From Chlamydiota bacterium (GTDB lineage: Bacteria > Chlamydiota > Chlamydiia > Chlamydiales > 2-12-FULL-49-11), in NCBI GenBank assembly GCA_947478685.1, contig CANJWO010000001.1:32092-96091 (forward strand): a stretch of DNA of 64,000 nt, read 5' to 3'. Shown one piece after another: positions 54,039 to 63,639 of the stretch (positions are counted from its first letter, which is position 1; every line of letters starts with the position of its first letter). Position numbers and translations under genes: made by a program. The notes under the pieces are model-generated. The model was not told where the DNA came from. It saw nothing but the letters and a program-made list of their open reading frames with translations, and searched no databases.

Positions 54039-55204
54039 ACAATAACTTTAGATATGGATTCGACCACGTAGTCAATGTTTTTGTTGTTAAGCGCTGTGAG
54101 ATTAACTCTCGATCTACCTGCAGTATAGATGGCAAATTCATCTCTCAATCTGTCAATTTGTCCATTAGTTAATCCAAGGAGGCAGAAAAAACCGTGCCCT
54201 TCATCTAAATAGGCAAAGGTCCGATTAGGCATTTTCTCTCTCAATTTTTGGGAAAATATTTTCCGCAAACTTTGCATCCGGTTTCTAGCATGATCTACTT
54301 CTAACTCCCACATATTACGTAAGTTAGCGGTTTGTAAAACAAGCTTTACAATATGTGCGCCATGTCTTGGAGGATTCGAATATGTGGTACGAATTAATGA
54401 GCGTATATTTCTCCGCATTCGATCTACTAATTCCGGGCTTTTCATAACAATAAATAGGGCGCCAATCCTCTCTCCATATAGGGAAAAAGATTTAGAAAAT
54501 GAGTGAGCTACAAAACATTCGTGCCCCCTTTCTACAAAATAGCGAATAGGCAGCGCATCTTCTTGAATTCCAGTACCAAAGCCTTGATAAGCAGTATCAA
54601 AAAATGGTATTAATTTATGCTTACGAAAAAGAATTTCAAGTTTCTCCCATTCGTCCTTAGTTAAATCATGCCCTGTTGGATTGTGGCACATTGCATGGAG
54701 GAGAACTACAGTTCCAGCAGGTAATTTACTTAGATGATCGTACATCCCTTCAGGATATGGATATTTATCAATTGTTATCCCCACCCTACGAAAAACATTT
54801 TCATGATTTTCCCATGTCGGGTCTGGGATAGAAATGTGCTCTGCTACCTCATTTTTAACAAAGTCTGCAATAATTCGGAGAGCTGAAGTCCCACCTATTG
54901 TTTGTGCACCATAAATGTTAGAGATGTCCCCCTCACCAAATATGAGCTTTTTTGTTAGTTCGACATATTCGAGATCGCCATCGATTGGAAGATAATTTTT
55001 ATTATCCCCAATTTGATTAATTTTTTCTTCAGCAAGTCTTACTGAAGGGAGTCTTAAAGCAGATTTGCCATCTTCTTCAATAAAGATGCCAACTGTTAAA
55101 TTGATTTTATTAATTCTTGTGTCTTTTAGAAAGCGATCATTGATGCCGAAAATCGGATCTGTAGGGACATCTGTTATATTGGAAAAAAGAGTATCTTCTT
55201 GCAT
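54035..55204 (-). CDS. aspC: Aspartate/aromatic amino acid aminotransferase (class I)
   Basis: PLP-Lys context SFSKSFSLYGERIGAL, plus HNPTG and YQGF motifs. ATG at 55204; the track start at 55207 is a TTG one codon upstream. Confidence 0.9.
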   Translation of the reverse strand: MQEDTLFSNITDVPTDPIFGINDRFLKDTRINKINLTVGIFIEEDGKSALRLPSVRLAEEKINQIGDNKNYLPIDGDLEYVELTKKLIFGEGDISNIYGAQTIGGTSALRIIADFVKNEVAEHISIPDPTWENHENVFRRVGITIDKYPYPEGMYDHLSKLPAGTVVLLHAMCHNPTGHDLTKDEWEKLEILFRKHKLIPFFDTAYQGFGTGIQEDALPIRYFVERGHECFVAHSFSKSFSLYGERIGALFIVMKSPELVDRMRRNIRSLIRTTYSNPPRHGAHIVKLVLQTANLRNMWELEVDHARNRMQSLRKIFSQKLREKMPNRTFAYLDEGHGFFCLLGLTNGQIDRLRDEFAIYTAGRSRVNLTALNNKNIDYVVESISKVIV

Positions 55205-55245
55205 CAAAATAACTCCTCATTGCATACTTAGGGTCTCATTTGCAG

Positions 55246-55318
55246 GGGGTGTTAGCTCAGTTGGTAGAGCGCAACAATGGCATTGTTGAGGTCAGCGGTT
55301 CGACCCCGCTACGCTCCA
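55246..55318 (+). tRNA. tRNA-Ala (anticodon GGC)
   Basis: Hand-folded. Acceptor GGGGTGT/ACGCTCC with a G3:U70 pair. Anticodon stem CAACA/TGTTG with loop ATGGCAT. T-arm AGCGG-TTCGACC-CCGCT. No encoded CCA. Confidence 0.88.
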
Positions 55319-56982
55319 TCTCCCTTCTCTACAGCTTCTAAAAATGCTTGCAGTTGTTTAGCTCTTGTCGGGTGTCGCATCTTACGGAGAGCTTTAGCTT
55401 CAATCTGTCTAACCCTCTCTCTTGTCACTTTAAAATAGACTCCAACTTCTTCAAGTGTCTTCGGCTTGCCATCAAGTAGGCCAAATCGTTCAATCAGTAC
55501 TGTTTTTTCACGATCAGTAAGCGTTGCGAGCACTTCATTCATTTTGTCTTTTAAGATTGAGTATCCAGTCGCATCAGCTGGTGACTCAGTTGTTGTATCT
55601 TCGAGAAAATCCCCAAATTGGCTCTCACCACTATCTCCCACTTCAGCTTGAAGCGAAATTGGATGTTGAGCAATCTTATAAATCTCTCTAACTCTGTCTG
55701 GTGTAAGCCCTAATTCTTCAGCAAGTTCTTCCGGCGTTGGCTCTTTCCCTGTCTCCATCATGAGCTTCTTAGCCCCTCTCAGGACCTTATTAATCGTCTC
55801 AATCATATGGACAGGTATACGGATCGTTCTAGCCTGATCAGCTATTGCACGAGTGACAGCCTGACGAATCCACCATGTTGCATAAGTAGAAAATTTATAA
55901 CCTCGGCGGTACTCAAACTTCTCAACAGCCTTCATTAATCCCATGTTGCCCTCTTGAATCAGATCCAAGAATGACAAACCTCGATTGGTGTATTTTTTCG
56001 CTATTGAAATAACAAGTCTAAGGTTAGATTCGACCATCTCACGTTTAGCTTCTTGGCTCTTATCCATCCAGCGTTGCAGCATACGGACGTCTTTTTTAAA
56101 CTCGTCAAGTGTTCGTCCTGCAGCAAGCTCTTTTTTCAAAAGCTTTCTTTTACCAGCTTGCAATTTAGCTAGTGCAAATCTGTTTTTTTCTGCTCTTGGT
56201 GTAAGCTCTTGAATCTCTTTTTCTAGAGTAAGAAATCTGTCGTAACTTGTAAGAATAAGCTCGCCGAAGTCTTCAATGAGAGTGTATCGGAAGCGCATTC
56301 TTCTAAGGTAGGCTTGAGTCCGAATTCGACTTTTTTCAATCTCTTCAAGGATCTTTACCCGCTCAACTTTAGATAATTCTTCTCTTCTAAGCTCAAGTAA
56401 ATACTTTTCAAGTTGCTCGTCTTCTTCTCGCAATAGTTCTTTGAGATTTGGCATCATTTTGATAAAAAGATGCTTATCCTCTATCTCTTTTTCAGTGACG
56501 ATCTTATCGAGTCTTTCTTTCGCGCTAATCAGATATTTTGTAATCGAAATCGTCTCACTTGTCGAATAGCGAAAGCGCATAATGATTCTTTCGATCTGCA
56601 TCTGAGCTTTTTCAATTCGTTTTGAAATCTCAACTTCTTCTTCTCTTGATAGAAGAGGGACAGAACCCATCTCCTTTAAATACATTCGAACAGGATCATC
56701 AGCAGAAGCTTCAGTTCTTCTCGGAAGCGCCTCTACCTCTTTTGCCTCTTTCTTGCGCTCTTTTTGTTTCTCTACTTCAGCCTGATTAAATATCTGAATG
56801 TCCATTCCACTCAAAAAGATCAGAATCTGATCTATTTGATCAGCCGAGTCAAAACTCATCGGCAGAATGTCATTAATCTCCTCATACGTGATATAGCCTT
56901 GATCTTTAGAAATCGCGACGATCTCTTCGATTTTTTGCTGATATTGAGGATCAAAGGGTTGGTTTTCTTTTGTTTTTCCCAT
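55309..56982 (-). CDS. rpoD: Primary RNA polymerase sigma factor RpoD (sigma-70/66 type)
   Basis: 557 aa. Region 2 [40 protein letters not shown]. Region 4 [29 protein letters not shown]. Confidence 0.95.
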   Translation of the reverse strand: MGKTKENQPFDPQYQQKIEEIVAISKDQGYITYEEINDILPMSFDSADQIDQILIFLSGMDIQIFNQAEVEKQKERKKEAKEVEALPRRTEASADDPVRMYLKEMGSVPLLSREEEVEISKRIEKAQMQIERIIMRFRYSTSETISITKYLISAKERLDKIVTEKEIEDKHLFIKMMPNLKELLREEDEQLEKYLLELRREELSKVERVKILEEIEKSRIRTQAYLRRMRFRYTLIEDFGELILTSYDRFLTLEKEIQELTPRAEKNRFALAKLQAGKRKLLKKELAAGRTLDEFKKDVRMLQRWMDKSQEAKREMVESNLRLVISIAKKYTNRGLSFLDLIQEGNMGLMKAVEKFEYRRGYKFSTYATWWIRQAVTRAIADQARTIRIPVHMIETINKVLRGAKKLMMETGKEPTPEELAEELGLTPDRVREIYKIAQHPISLQAEVGDSGESQFGDFLEDTTTESPADATGYSILKDKMNEVLATLTDREKTVLIERFGLLDGKPKTLEEVGVYFKVTRERVRQIEAKALRKMRHPTRAKQLQAFLEAVEKGDGA

Positions 56983-57134
56983 AGCTCTTCTAAAAAGAAC
57001 CTAGCGTATCAACATTCCCCAATATTGTCTAGTAGATAGAATAAGCTTCAAGAAAATTTAATAGCCGTTACGATTACGCATGCGGTTTTAAATTTCTTTA
57101 TGAATAATTCGTTCTCGTACTAAAATTCCTTTTT

Positions 57135-57683
57135 ATGGAAGGGAAAGGGAGCCTGTTACATCAATCGGTGCAGAAGCATATATATGATCTTCTTCCGCAT
57201 GGTGAAGCGTTTATAGAGTATCGACTGCCAGGCCACGTGACTGATCTACTTTGGCTGCCTAAAAAAATTGCCTTTGAAATTCAAGTCTCCCCCATATCGA
57301 TCGATACCGCAGTTACAAGGACGGCTGATTATAAAAAAATGGGCCTCTTTATTGTTTGGATTCTCCATCAAAAAAGCTTTAACAGCGCTTATTTAACGCT
57401 TGCTGAGCTCTTTTTAAGAAAGCATCCCAACTGTTATTATACAAATATTTCAACGACTGCTCATGGTTATATTTATGATCAAACAGAACTTCTTAGGAAT
57501 AATAAGAGGGAAAAGAGGGGTAATCCTTCTTTTTTAGACTTAGAGAAACCCTTAATAAAATGGGGGCATCTTTCATTCAAAGGAGATCGAAATCAAAACT
57601 TTTTGACGAAATCACTTCAGACGTGCTATACTCGTTTCAGTCCAATCGTACTTGTATTATTTATTTTAGCACCTCAGATTTAA
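57135..57683 (+). CDS. CoiA-like (competence protein CoiA family) nuclease-domain protein
   Basis: 182 aa. VTDLLWLPKKIAFEIQVSPISIDTAVTRTADYKKMGLFIVWIL matches my memory of the CoiA core (D..., E-x-Q, S..ER..Y...G..vvWi). The last 4 codons and the stop lie in repeat copy B. Confidence 0.6.
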   Translation: MEGKGSLLHQSVQKHIYDLLPHGEAFIEYRLPGHVTDLLWLPKKIAFEIQVSPISIDTAVTRTADYKKMGLFIVWILHQKSFNSAYLTLAELFLRKHPNCYYTNISTTAHGYIYDQTELLRNNKREKRGNPSFLDLEKPLIKWGHLSFKGDRNQNFLTKSLQTCYTRFSPIVLVLFILAPQI

Positions 57684-57756
57684 AATAGGCGAAGCCGGTG
57701 CCGAGACCGAGTACTATTTACCTAGGCGAGGGCGAGGCAATTTTAAAGATGGGGAT
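57672..57756. repeat. Intergenic palindromic element, copy B (homologous to 2212-2299)
   Basis: Identical to copy A at 69 of 83 aligned positions. Lies between the coiA-like gene and rpsT. Confidence 0.7.
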
Positions 57757-57856
57757 GATAAATGAAAAAATACTGGACGATTGGACTGGAACGAGTATAT
57801 ACTCAGGTCCAAAAGTTTTTTTCAGCAATTAAAGATTAACCCAGTTAGGCAAAACC

Positions 57857-58129
57857 ATGGCAGAAGAGAAAAAAGAAGAGAAAAAAGCGGTTAAAACACC
57901 AACTCCTCTTAAAAGACATACACAAGATTTAAAGAAAAATTTAACAAACCGTGTTTGGAAGTCTCGAATTTCTACTACACGAGCTGCTTTCGCGGAAGCT
58001 AAAGACGAGACCTCAAAGAAAACTCTATTAAACACTCTCTATGGACTTCTCGATAAAGCTGCAAAAATTGGTCTGTTTAAGAAAAACAAGGTTTCTCGTT
58101 TAAAATCAAGACTATCAGCGAAAGTATAG
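57857..58129 (+). CDS. rpsT: 30S ribosomal protein S20
   Basis: 90 aa, basic. LKRHTQDLKKNLTNRVWKSRISTTRAAF..LDKAAKIGLFKKNKVSRLKSRLS is the typical bS20 pattern. Confidence 0.9.
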   Translation: MAEEKKEEKKAVKTPTPLKRHTQDLKKNLTNRVWKSRISTTRAAFAEAKDETSKKTLLNTLYGLLDKAAKIGLFKKNKVSRLKSRLSAKV

Positions 58130-58161
58130 GCTAGTTTTATTCTAAGAAGGGGCACATCTAG

Positions 58162-59367
58162 TTGAGCTATAAAAGAATTCTAGTTTTTCTTTCGATTTTC
58201 TCTTTTATAGCACTCCTAGGGATCATTTCTGTAAAGTTTTTTTTAGAAAAAACACCCTCTTCTAGAAGGCCTTCAATTCTTTTAGTGAATGACACCTCTT
58301 TGCATTATCATTGGGGTTGCTTTCTAAAAAGCTTCGCAATTAAAGAGTCTTTAGAATCTTCCGGCCATTATATTGATACAATTTCAACAAGTCTCCTTTA
58401 TCGCCTCAAGAACTCTCCTAGTCTCATTGAAAATTTTAAAAGTGTCTCCTCACTAAACTCGTTTTCTAAGGCAAACCCTGAGATTATTGAAAAAATTAAA
58501 AACGCTGAAATAGTCATTATTAATGGTGAAGGGACTATGCACAGTCTCTCTAACCCAGTTAAGTCAATGCTTTACATAGCATATATTGCCAAAGTCTTCT
58601 TTGAAAAGCCTGTTCATATTATTAATGCATCTCTATTCCCAAATGACTTTTTCCTATCAAAGGAGAGTGAAGAGAAACATTTTTATAATTTTGTCCTTGA
58701 AAAAGTCGATTCGATTGCCTTCCGTGATATCTATAGCTATGAACTTTTTTCAGACTTCCATCATAAATCAGTCCTCGCTTTTGACATTCTTCCAATTTAT
58801 ATAAAAAATCATTTCCAAGGAGATCCTCCTCAAAGTTTTGAAAAAATTGTTGTACTTTCAGGGTCAGCAAACATGATCCTAGCCCCACAAAGGCTAGACG
58901 ATTTGTATAATTATGTCCTTGAACTGCAAAAAAAAGGGTATTCTATAATTTTTTTAACAGGTGGCTCGAAAAAAGGTGCCTATGATGATCAAAAGATCGT
59001 CGATTTTTTTGCAGAAAAGCCACCTCTAGACCACTTCAAGACTCTGACCGCCTCTTCTGCTGATGAATGGCTCGAATCGATCAAAAATGCAACCTTTGTT
59101 GTAACTGGCAGGCAAAGTATCTGCATAGCCGCCTATGTCTTAAAGGTTCCATTTATCGCTTTTAATAGCAACACCCCTAAAATTGAAGCTTTCCTTAAAG
59201 AGACTAATAGTACCGAGCCAATTTCACTCGAAGACCCAGATTTTCTAGAAAGCCTTCTAGAAGCAACAGAGCAACTCGAAAACAACACTCCCGCGCTCGC
59301 CACTGACCAATCAATAAACGCCCTTCTCCTCCGCGCCAAGAGAAACTTCTCCTTCCTCCCCAATTAA
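58162..59367 (+). CDS. Putative polysaccharide pyruvyl transferase-like / glycan-modifying enzyme
   Basis: 401 aa with a TTG start and an N-terminal anchor. ILLVNDTSLHYHWGC and AEIVIINGEGTMHS..PVHIINASL resemble the PS_pyruv_trans pattern. The call is tentative. Confidence 0.45.
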   Translation: MSYKRILVFLSIFSFIALLGIISVKFFLEKTPSSRRPSILLVNDTSLHYHWGCFLKSFAIKESLESSGHYIDTISTSLLYRLKNSPSLIENFKSVSSLNSFSKANPEIIEKIKNAEIVIINGEGTMHSLSNPVKSMLYIAYIAKVFFEKPVHIINASLFPNDFFLSKESEEKHFYNFVLEKVDSIAFRDIYSYELFSDFHHKSVLAFDILPIYIKNHFQGDPPQSFEKIVVLSGSANMILAPQRLDDLYNYVLELQKKGYSIIFLTGGSKKGAYDDQKIVDFFAEKPPLDHFKTLTASSADEWLESIKNATFVVTGRQSICIAAYVLKVPFIAFNSNTPKIEAFLKETNSTEPISLEDPDFLESLLEATEQLENNTPALATDQSINALLLRAKRNFSFLPN

Positions 59368-59394
59368 TCCGAATTGATATTCTCAATTCGGATT
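59366..59394. terminator. Perfect 12-bp hairpin between convergent genes (bidirectional terminator candidate)
   Basis: AATCCGAATTGA, loop TATTC, TCAATTCGGATT. It overlaps the stop codon of the upstream gene. Confidence 0.65.
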
Positions 59395-59408
59395 ATATTA
59401 GATTCAGA

Positions 59409-61136
59409 TTAGTAGGAGGCAATCACTCCGAAGTAATATTGCGGCTGGCCATCTGTTGATGAGGCAAAAGGCACATTAGTAAGGCGGAAGCCGATGTCAA
59501 ACCTAGCCCTAAGGACAGTAGATATGTCATAACGAAGACCCGGGCCTATACCAGCTAGAAAATATTTAGAAGGTTGGCCTGGTAAACTTTTTAATACTCC
59601 TCCAGCTCCTGCATCAAAGAAGAGGACGGCTGCAAATTTATCATCAATTCTACATCTACTAGGACTTACATTGGGTGTCCTAAATTCTAAATTGACAATA
59701 CCGCCATTATCGACATTCACTACTCGCTCAACATAACCACGAACGCTATTTACACCACCAATACCAAAGGTTTCAAGAGGGATGAGGGCACCGGAGGAAA
59801 ATTGAGCTCTTGCTTTAAGTGTCACCATCATACCACTTTGAGGATCGGCCCAAACATAATCTCCCTTTAATCTTACATAGAGATATTTATTAACTGCGTT
59901 TGGTCTCAATTGTTCATAATTTGTCCGGCTCATTGTTTTTCCAAAATCCCACGGTTGGACAAAGGCTTCACCCACAAAATCTAAGCTGTGTTTCTTAAAT
60001 GAATAGGAAGCCTCATAGGCACCCGTCAATTGAGCAACAGAGGCAAAAGAGTTTGAGATAAAATTAATATTGGCAACTGTCAAATCGTTATTCGTCTGTT
60101 TTACATCAAGTCCGGCTTTTGCCTTTTGGAAGAAATTTCCAGAAGGGGCGATAAATACTCCATATCGAATACTTGCTTGCCAGTCGCTACCTTTATTATG
60201 AGATGTTGGAATAAAGTCATTTCTATCAACATCTATAGATGAGTAGCCACCAAATAGGGCAATTTCATCTCTCCATGGAAGAGGTGCTGAATAATAGACT
60301 GTATAGGACTGAAATTTTTGGAAATCGGGTGCAGCAGTATATTGAAATGCCAAGTTTTGATCGTAATTTAAGAAATTACCGTAGTTAAATCCTATAAATA
60401 GTCGATTGTAATTTGTAACCTTAAATCCAGTATTGTCTACCCCTACGAAAAGTCTAGCAGGTCTTTCATCGTGAACATAAAGCTCTACATCTGTAGTGCC
60501 ATATTTTGCACCTGGCTTATAAATAGCGCTCGCCCTTCTCCATGGACTATCATTGATATAAGCGACATCTCCATCAACAACTTTTGTTACAATTGTCTGA
60601 TCTTCCTCTAAAGAAAGATTCTTAATATACCATTCACTAGAAAAATGTTTATTCCCTGTAACAGTTACTTTTCCAAGTCTGGCTTCTAAGACTGTTACTA
60701 CGACAACTCCATCAGATACATCTTGCTCAGGAATATTAACTACAACTAGAGCATGACCATTTTTTTGATAAAATTGAGATACTTTTCTCTTAATATCTTC
60801 TATCTTTTCAAGTGTCAGTGTTTTTCCAATGATGAATTTTTTTAGATCCTCTTGAAGGGCCTCCCTCTTCTTTAAAGGGATTCCTTGCATAACACGGTAA
60901 ATCTGAACGCCCGTCGTCGTTTTTAAGACATAACTACCAGGCTTATCCCCATCTGGAGCAATGATAAGTCCCTTAACAGACGAAAGGATTACCCGCTTGT
61001 CACTGATCGGATTTCTCGCAGAATCTTTCGATTCACTCTCACTCTGGCCTGTCTTCTTTGTATCATAATAACGGAGCTCATACTCTGCCTGAGCTGTAAT
61101 CATAACTGATAGAGCAATAAGAAAAAAAATTCTCAT
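59409..61136 (-). CDS. ShlB/FhaC/HecB-type (TpsB) outer-membrane transporter, Omp85 superfamily
   Basis: 575 aa. Signal peptide MRIFFLIALSVMITAQA. ShlB-type POTRA pattern (VVVNIPEQDVSDGVVVVTVLEARLGKVTVTGNKHFS). DNTG.., loop-6 GGVNSVRGY, terminal ..FGVIASY. Confidence 0.8.
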   Translation of the reverse strand: MRIFFLIALSVMITAQAEYELRYYDTKKTGQSESESKDSARNPISDKRVILSSVKGLIIAPDGDKPGSYVLKTTTGVQIYRVMQGIPLKKREALQEDLKKFIIGKTLTLEKIEDIKRKVSQFYQKNGHALVVVNIPEQDVSDGVVVVTVLEARLGKVTVTGNKHFSSEWYIKNLSLEEDQTIVTKVVDGDVAYINDSPWRRASAIYKPGAKYGTTDVELYVHDERPARLFVGVDNTGFKVTNYNRLFIGFNYGNFLNYDQNLAFQYTAAPDFQKFQSYTVYYSAPLPWRDEIALFGGYSSIDVDRNDFIPTSHNKGSDWQASIRYGVFIAPSGNFFQKAKAGLDVKQTNNDLTVANINFISNSFASVAQLTGAYEASYSFKKHSLDFVGEAFVQPWDFGKTMSRTNYEQLRPNAVNKYLYVRLKGDYVWADPQSGMMVTLKARAQFSSGALIPLETFGIGGVNSVRGYVERVVNVDNGGIVNLEFRTPNVSPSRCRIDDKFAAVLFFDAGAGGVLKSLPGQPSKYFLAGIGPGLRYDISTVLRARFDIGFRLTNVPFASSTDGQPQYYFGVIASY

Positions 61137-61236
61137 AAAAACACACTTTCCTGTAGATAATTTTTCTTATGACTATTTTCTATTTTTAATTCTACCTTTT
61201 AGTTACAATTTTCAAATATTGTTCTGGAGTAATCGA

Positions 61237-62400
61237 ATGAAATACTTGTCACACATCCTAATTATTTTAGTGAGCGCATCTTCTTTTTTATGCGCAGCAG
61301 ATGATGGCGAAGGTTATCAATTTGAAGCACTAAAAGCATGGATTGCAACAAAGAGACAGGTAACAATTAAAGAACGAGGCGGAAGCCTATCTTTGAGTGG
61401 TGACGTCAGAGCTGAATATTTAACACAAAACGAACAGCAAAACGGAATTAAGAATGTTGGCTCTCATTCCCTCCATCCCTCCATTGCCTCCGATCAATTT
61501 AAGATTGCATTTAGCTTACTTCTTGACTATCGAGCTGATGCAACCTGGGCCTCTATCAAACTAAAATTTTCCAACAATGCAGGTGTTATCAGCGGGACTA
61601 ACAATAAACTTAATTTAGAGCGCGCATTTCTTGGATTTAGAATTATAGATGCTGAAAGATTTACAATCGATATGGAGCCTGGAAGGAGAAAACTTAACTA
61701 TACATTTGATTCTCGCATCGAATTTAATGCCATCATGGACGGATTACTCATTAAATATGATCAATCATCTGATCAATTAGGAGATTTTTATATCCATGCT
61801 GCAGCATTTGTCGTAAATGACCTCAAAAATCTTTTTGCTTACGTTATGGAGGCTGGTATTTTAAATTTATACAACACAGGTATTTACGTAAAATACGCCC
61901 TCATTGATTGGTATACCAAGCACTTTGGTGACCCAATATTAAATGCTCAATTTCAATACCTTAATAGTCAGTTTATGCTTGGCTATCGATTTGTATTTCC
62001 AAAAGTTGACAAAATTTCAATTATCTATAGCGCCTTTCTATTCAATAGCGCCGCTCCAAGACGTTCAATTCTAAATAATGATAGGGCAAATCTTGCAGCC
62101 TTTCTCGGCTTTACAATGGGAGAAGTCCGTAAAAAAGGTGACTGGGCCCTTGACTCTAACATACAATATGTTCAACCACAAGCCATTCCCGATTTTGACT
62201 TTGGTGGAATAGGGGCAGGAAACGCCGACCTACCCGGCTATGAAAAGACCAGTTACATTGGCGGCCTCTTTGAATTCCTCTACCTCATTACCGACAACCT
62301 AACGATCTCTCAATCTTTCAAATGTTCCAAATCGCTCGACTACCTCCCTAACCGTTATACTTTTAAGCAATACCGAATAGAATTTATCTACGCCTGGTAA
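61237..62400 (+). CDS. Porin/MOMP-like outer-membrane beta-barrel protein (putative)
   Basis: The ATG at 61237 gives the signal peptide MKYLSHILIILVSASSFLCA. Alternating amphipathic strands follow. The C-terminal ..YRIEFIYAW aromatic end is typical of OMPs. Family not certain. Confidence 0.6.
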   Translation: MKYLSHILIILVSASSFLCAADDGEGYQFEALKAWIATKRQVTIKERGGSLSLSGDVRAEYLTQNEQQNGIKNVGSHSLHPSIASDQFKIAFSLLLDYRADATWASIKLKFSNNAGVISGTNNKLNLERAFLGFRIIDAERFTIDMEPGRRKLNYTFDSRIEFNAIMDGLLIKYDQSSDQLGDFYIHAAAFVVNDLKNLFAYVMEAGILNLYNTGIYVKYALIDWYTKHFGDPILNAQFQYLNSQFMLGYRFVFPKVDKISIIYSAFLFNSAAPRRSILNNDRANLAAFLGFTMGEVRKKGDWALDSNIQYVQPQAIPDFDFGGIGAGNADLPGYEKTSYIGGLFEFLYLITDNLTISQSFKCSKSLDYLPNRYTFKQYRIEFIYAW

Positions 62401-62453
62401 AAGCTTTATAAAAAAGTGGACAAAAATAAGGGCAGTAGGCTTTTACTATTGGT

Positions 62454-63572
62454 ATGGAACCAATAGATACACCACCAAAAGTCCCTCTAAGCCGTCCCTC
62501 GAAAGAGGAAACCCCTGCAGATCGTCATAACATAAGAGCCTCAAGGATTTGCGAAACAATCTTAAAAGAGGCAAACACATCCAATATGGCAAGACTCAAG
62601 GTAGACTTTGCTGCATTTTGTAGCTCAATATTAAAAAACGCAACAACACCACCCGAATTACTAGCAAAAATTGAAGCTGCACGAGCCAAATTGGATTCAC
62701 TAGAAACTGCGTCTGCAGCTGTATCTGCACCTCCTCCCCCAAGAAGGGAACGAATTGAAGCAGCTCCGCGACCCGGTTTCCCTCTTCCATTGGATGTCCC
62801 AGCCACACCCGCCCTCTTAGCTAAAGCTGAGCGCATTGTTGCAACAATAAATAGTAGTGCAAACCGTGCAAATGCTCCACTATATCTGACAGGACTTGAT
62901 GACATATGTTATCAATTGCTAGGAAAAACCAATATCCCCCCCACACTAGCAGAACATCTAAGAGGATCTTATCAATTGCTGGTAGCTATTGTAACAGGAC
63001 ATACTTCAAGGAGACCAACTCTCCTTGCATCAGATCTTGAAGCAACACCTGATCGCCTCCGCAAAGCTATAGCCCTATGTGCAATAATAAAAACGAAAGT
63101 AGAGACTTCCGATGCTCGTTCATTAAAGATAGAACTCGACGAAATGTGTTATTATCTTGTCGGGAAAGGCAATGTCCCCCCACTCCTAGCAGAACATCTA
63201 AGAGAATGTAATTATAAACTTTTAGCTATCTCAACAGGAGCCCCATTGCCAAAAGAGAGCAGTGCACCTTTACAAGCTTCAATGCTTCGCGCTGAAGAGG
63301 CAACAGCCGCTGCAATGCCCACACCTATATCAAGAGCTCCGCCACCGATGCTGAGCGCTGCAGTTAGTCCTCATACAAAAGCACATGAAATTTGCGAAGA
63401 AATTTTAAATGTAGATTTAGATGTTTCGAATATTGTGAAATATAGAGAAACTTTTAATCAAGAATGCCTCCCTCTATTAGCCGATGCAGCACTACCAGTC
63501 CGGGTAAGAACTGAAATAAAAAGTGCAAATAGTCTTCTTCAACTTGTTGAGAAAGACCTTGGCATAAAATAA
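62454..63572 (+). CDS. Hypothetical protein built from helical repeats with Pro/Ala-rich linkers (effector-like)
   Basis: 372 aa with no signal peptide. Two clear ~80-aa repeats have a DNA period of 240 nt (62881 vs 63121) and share an 18-nt identity, TAGCAGAACATCTAAGAG. Local GC reaches 52-63%. Confidence 0.7.
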   Translation: MEPIDTPPKVPLSRPSKEETPADRHNIRASRICETILKEANTSNMARLKVDFAAFCSSILKNATTPPELLAKIEAARAKLDSLETASAAVSAPPPPRRERIEAAPRPGFPLPLDVPATPALLAKAERIVATINSSANRANAPLYLTGLDDICYQLLGKTNIPPTLAEHLRGSYQLLVAIVTGHTSRRPTLLASDLEATPDRLRKAIALCAIIKTKVETSDARSLKIELDEMCYYLVGKGNVPPLLAEHLRECNYKLLAISTGAPLPKESSAPLQASMLRAEEATAAAMPTPISRAPPPMLSAAVSPHTKAHEICEEILNVDLDVSNIVKYRETFNQECLPLLADAALPVRVRTEIKSANSLLQLVEKDLGIK

Positions 63573-63639
63573 CTTATAGTTAATTGGAGGGTAATTTGGG
63601 TCCGTATGAAGAAGAATTTTAACTTGGGCTTAAAATAGT

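Noticed and set aside
57762-57839. 25-aa ORF MKKYWTIGLERVYTQVQKFFSAIKD between repeat copy B and rpsT
   Set aside because: No ribosome-binding site and no recognisable family. It is most likely part of the rpsT promoter or leader. I could not define a convincing -35/-10 pair there either.
62525-62905. 126-aa and 70-aa minus-strand ORFs opposite the repeat-protein gene
   Set aside because: Stop codons are rare here because of the locally high GC. The sense strand has the repeat architecture and a paralog downstream. The antisense peptides are Ala/Gly/Ser-rich low-complexity sequence.
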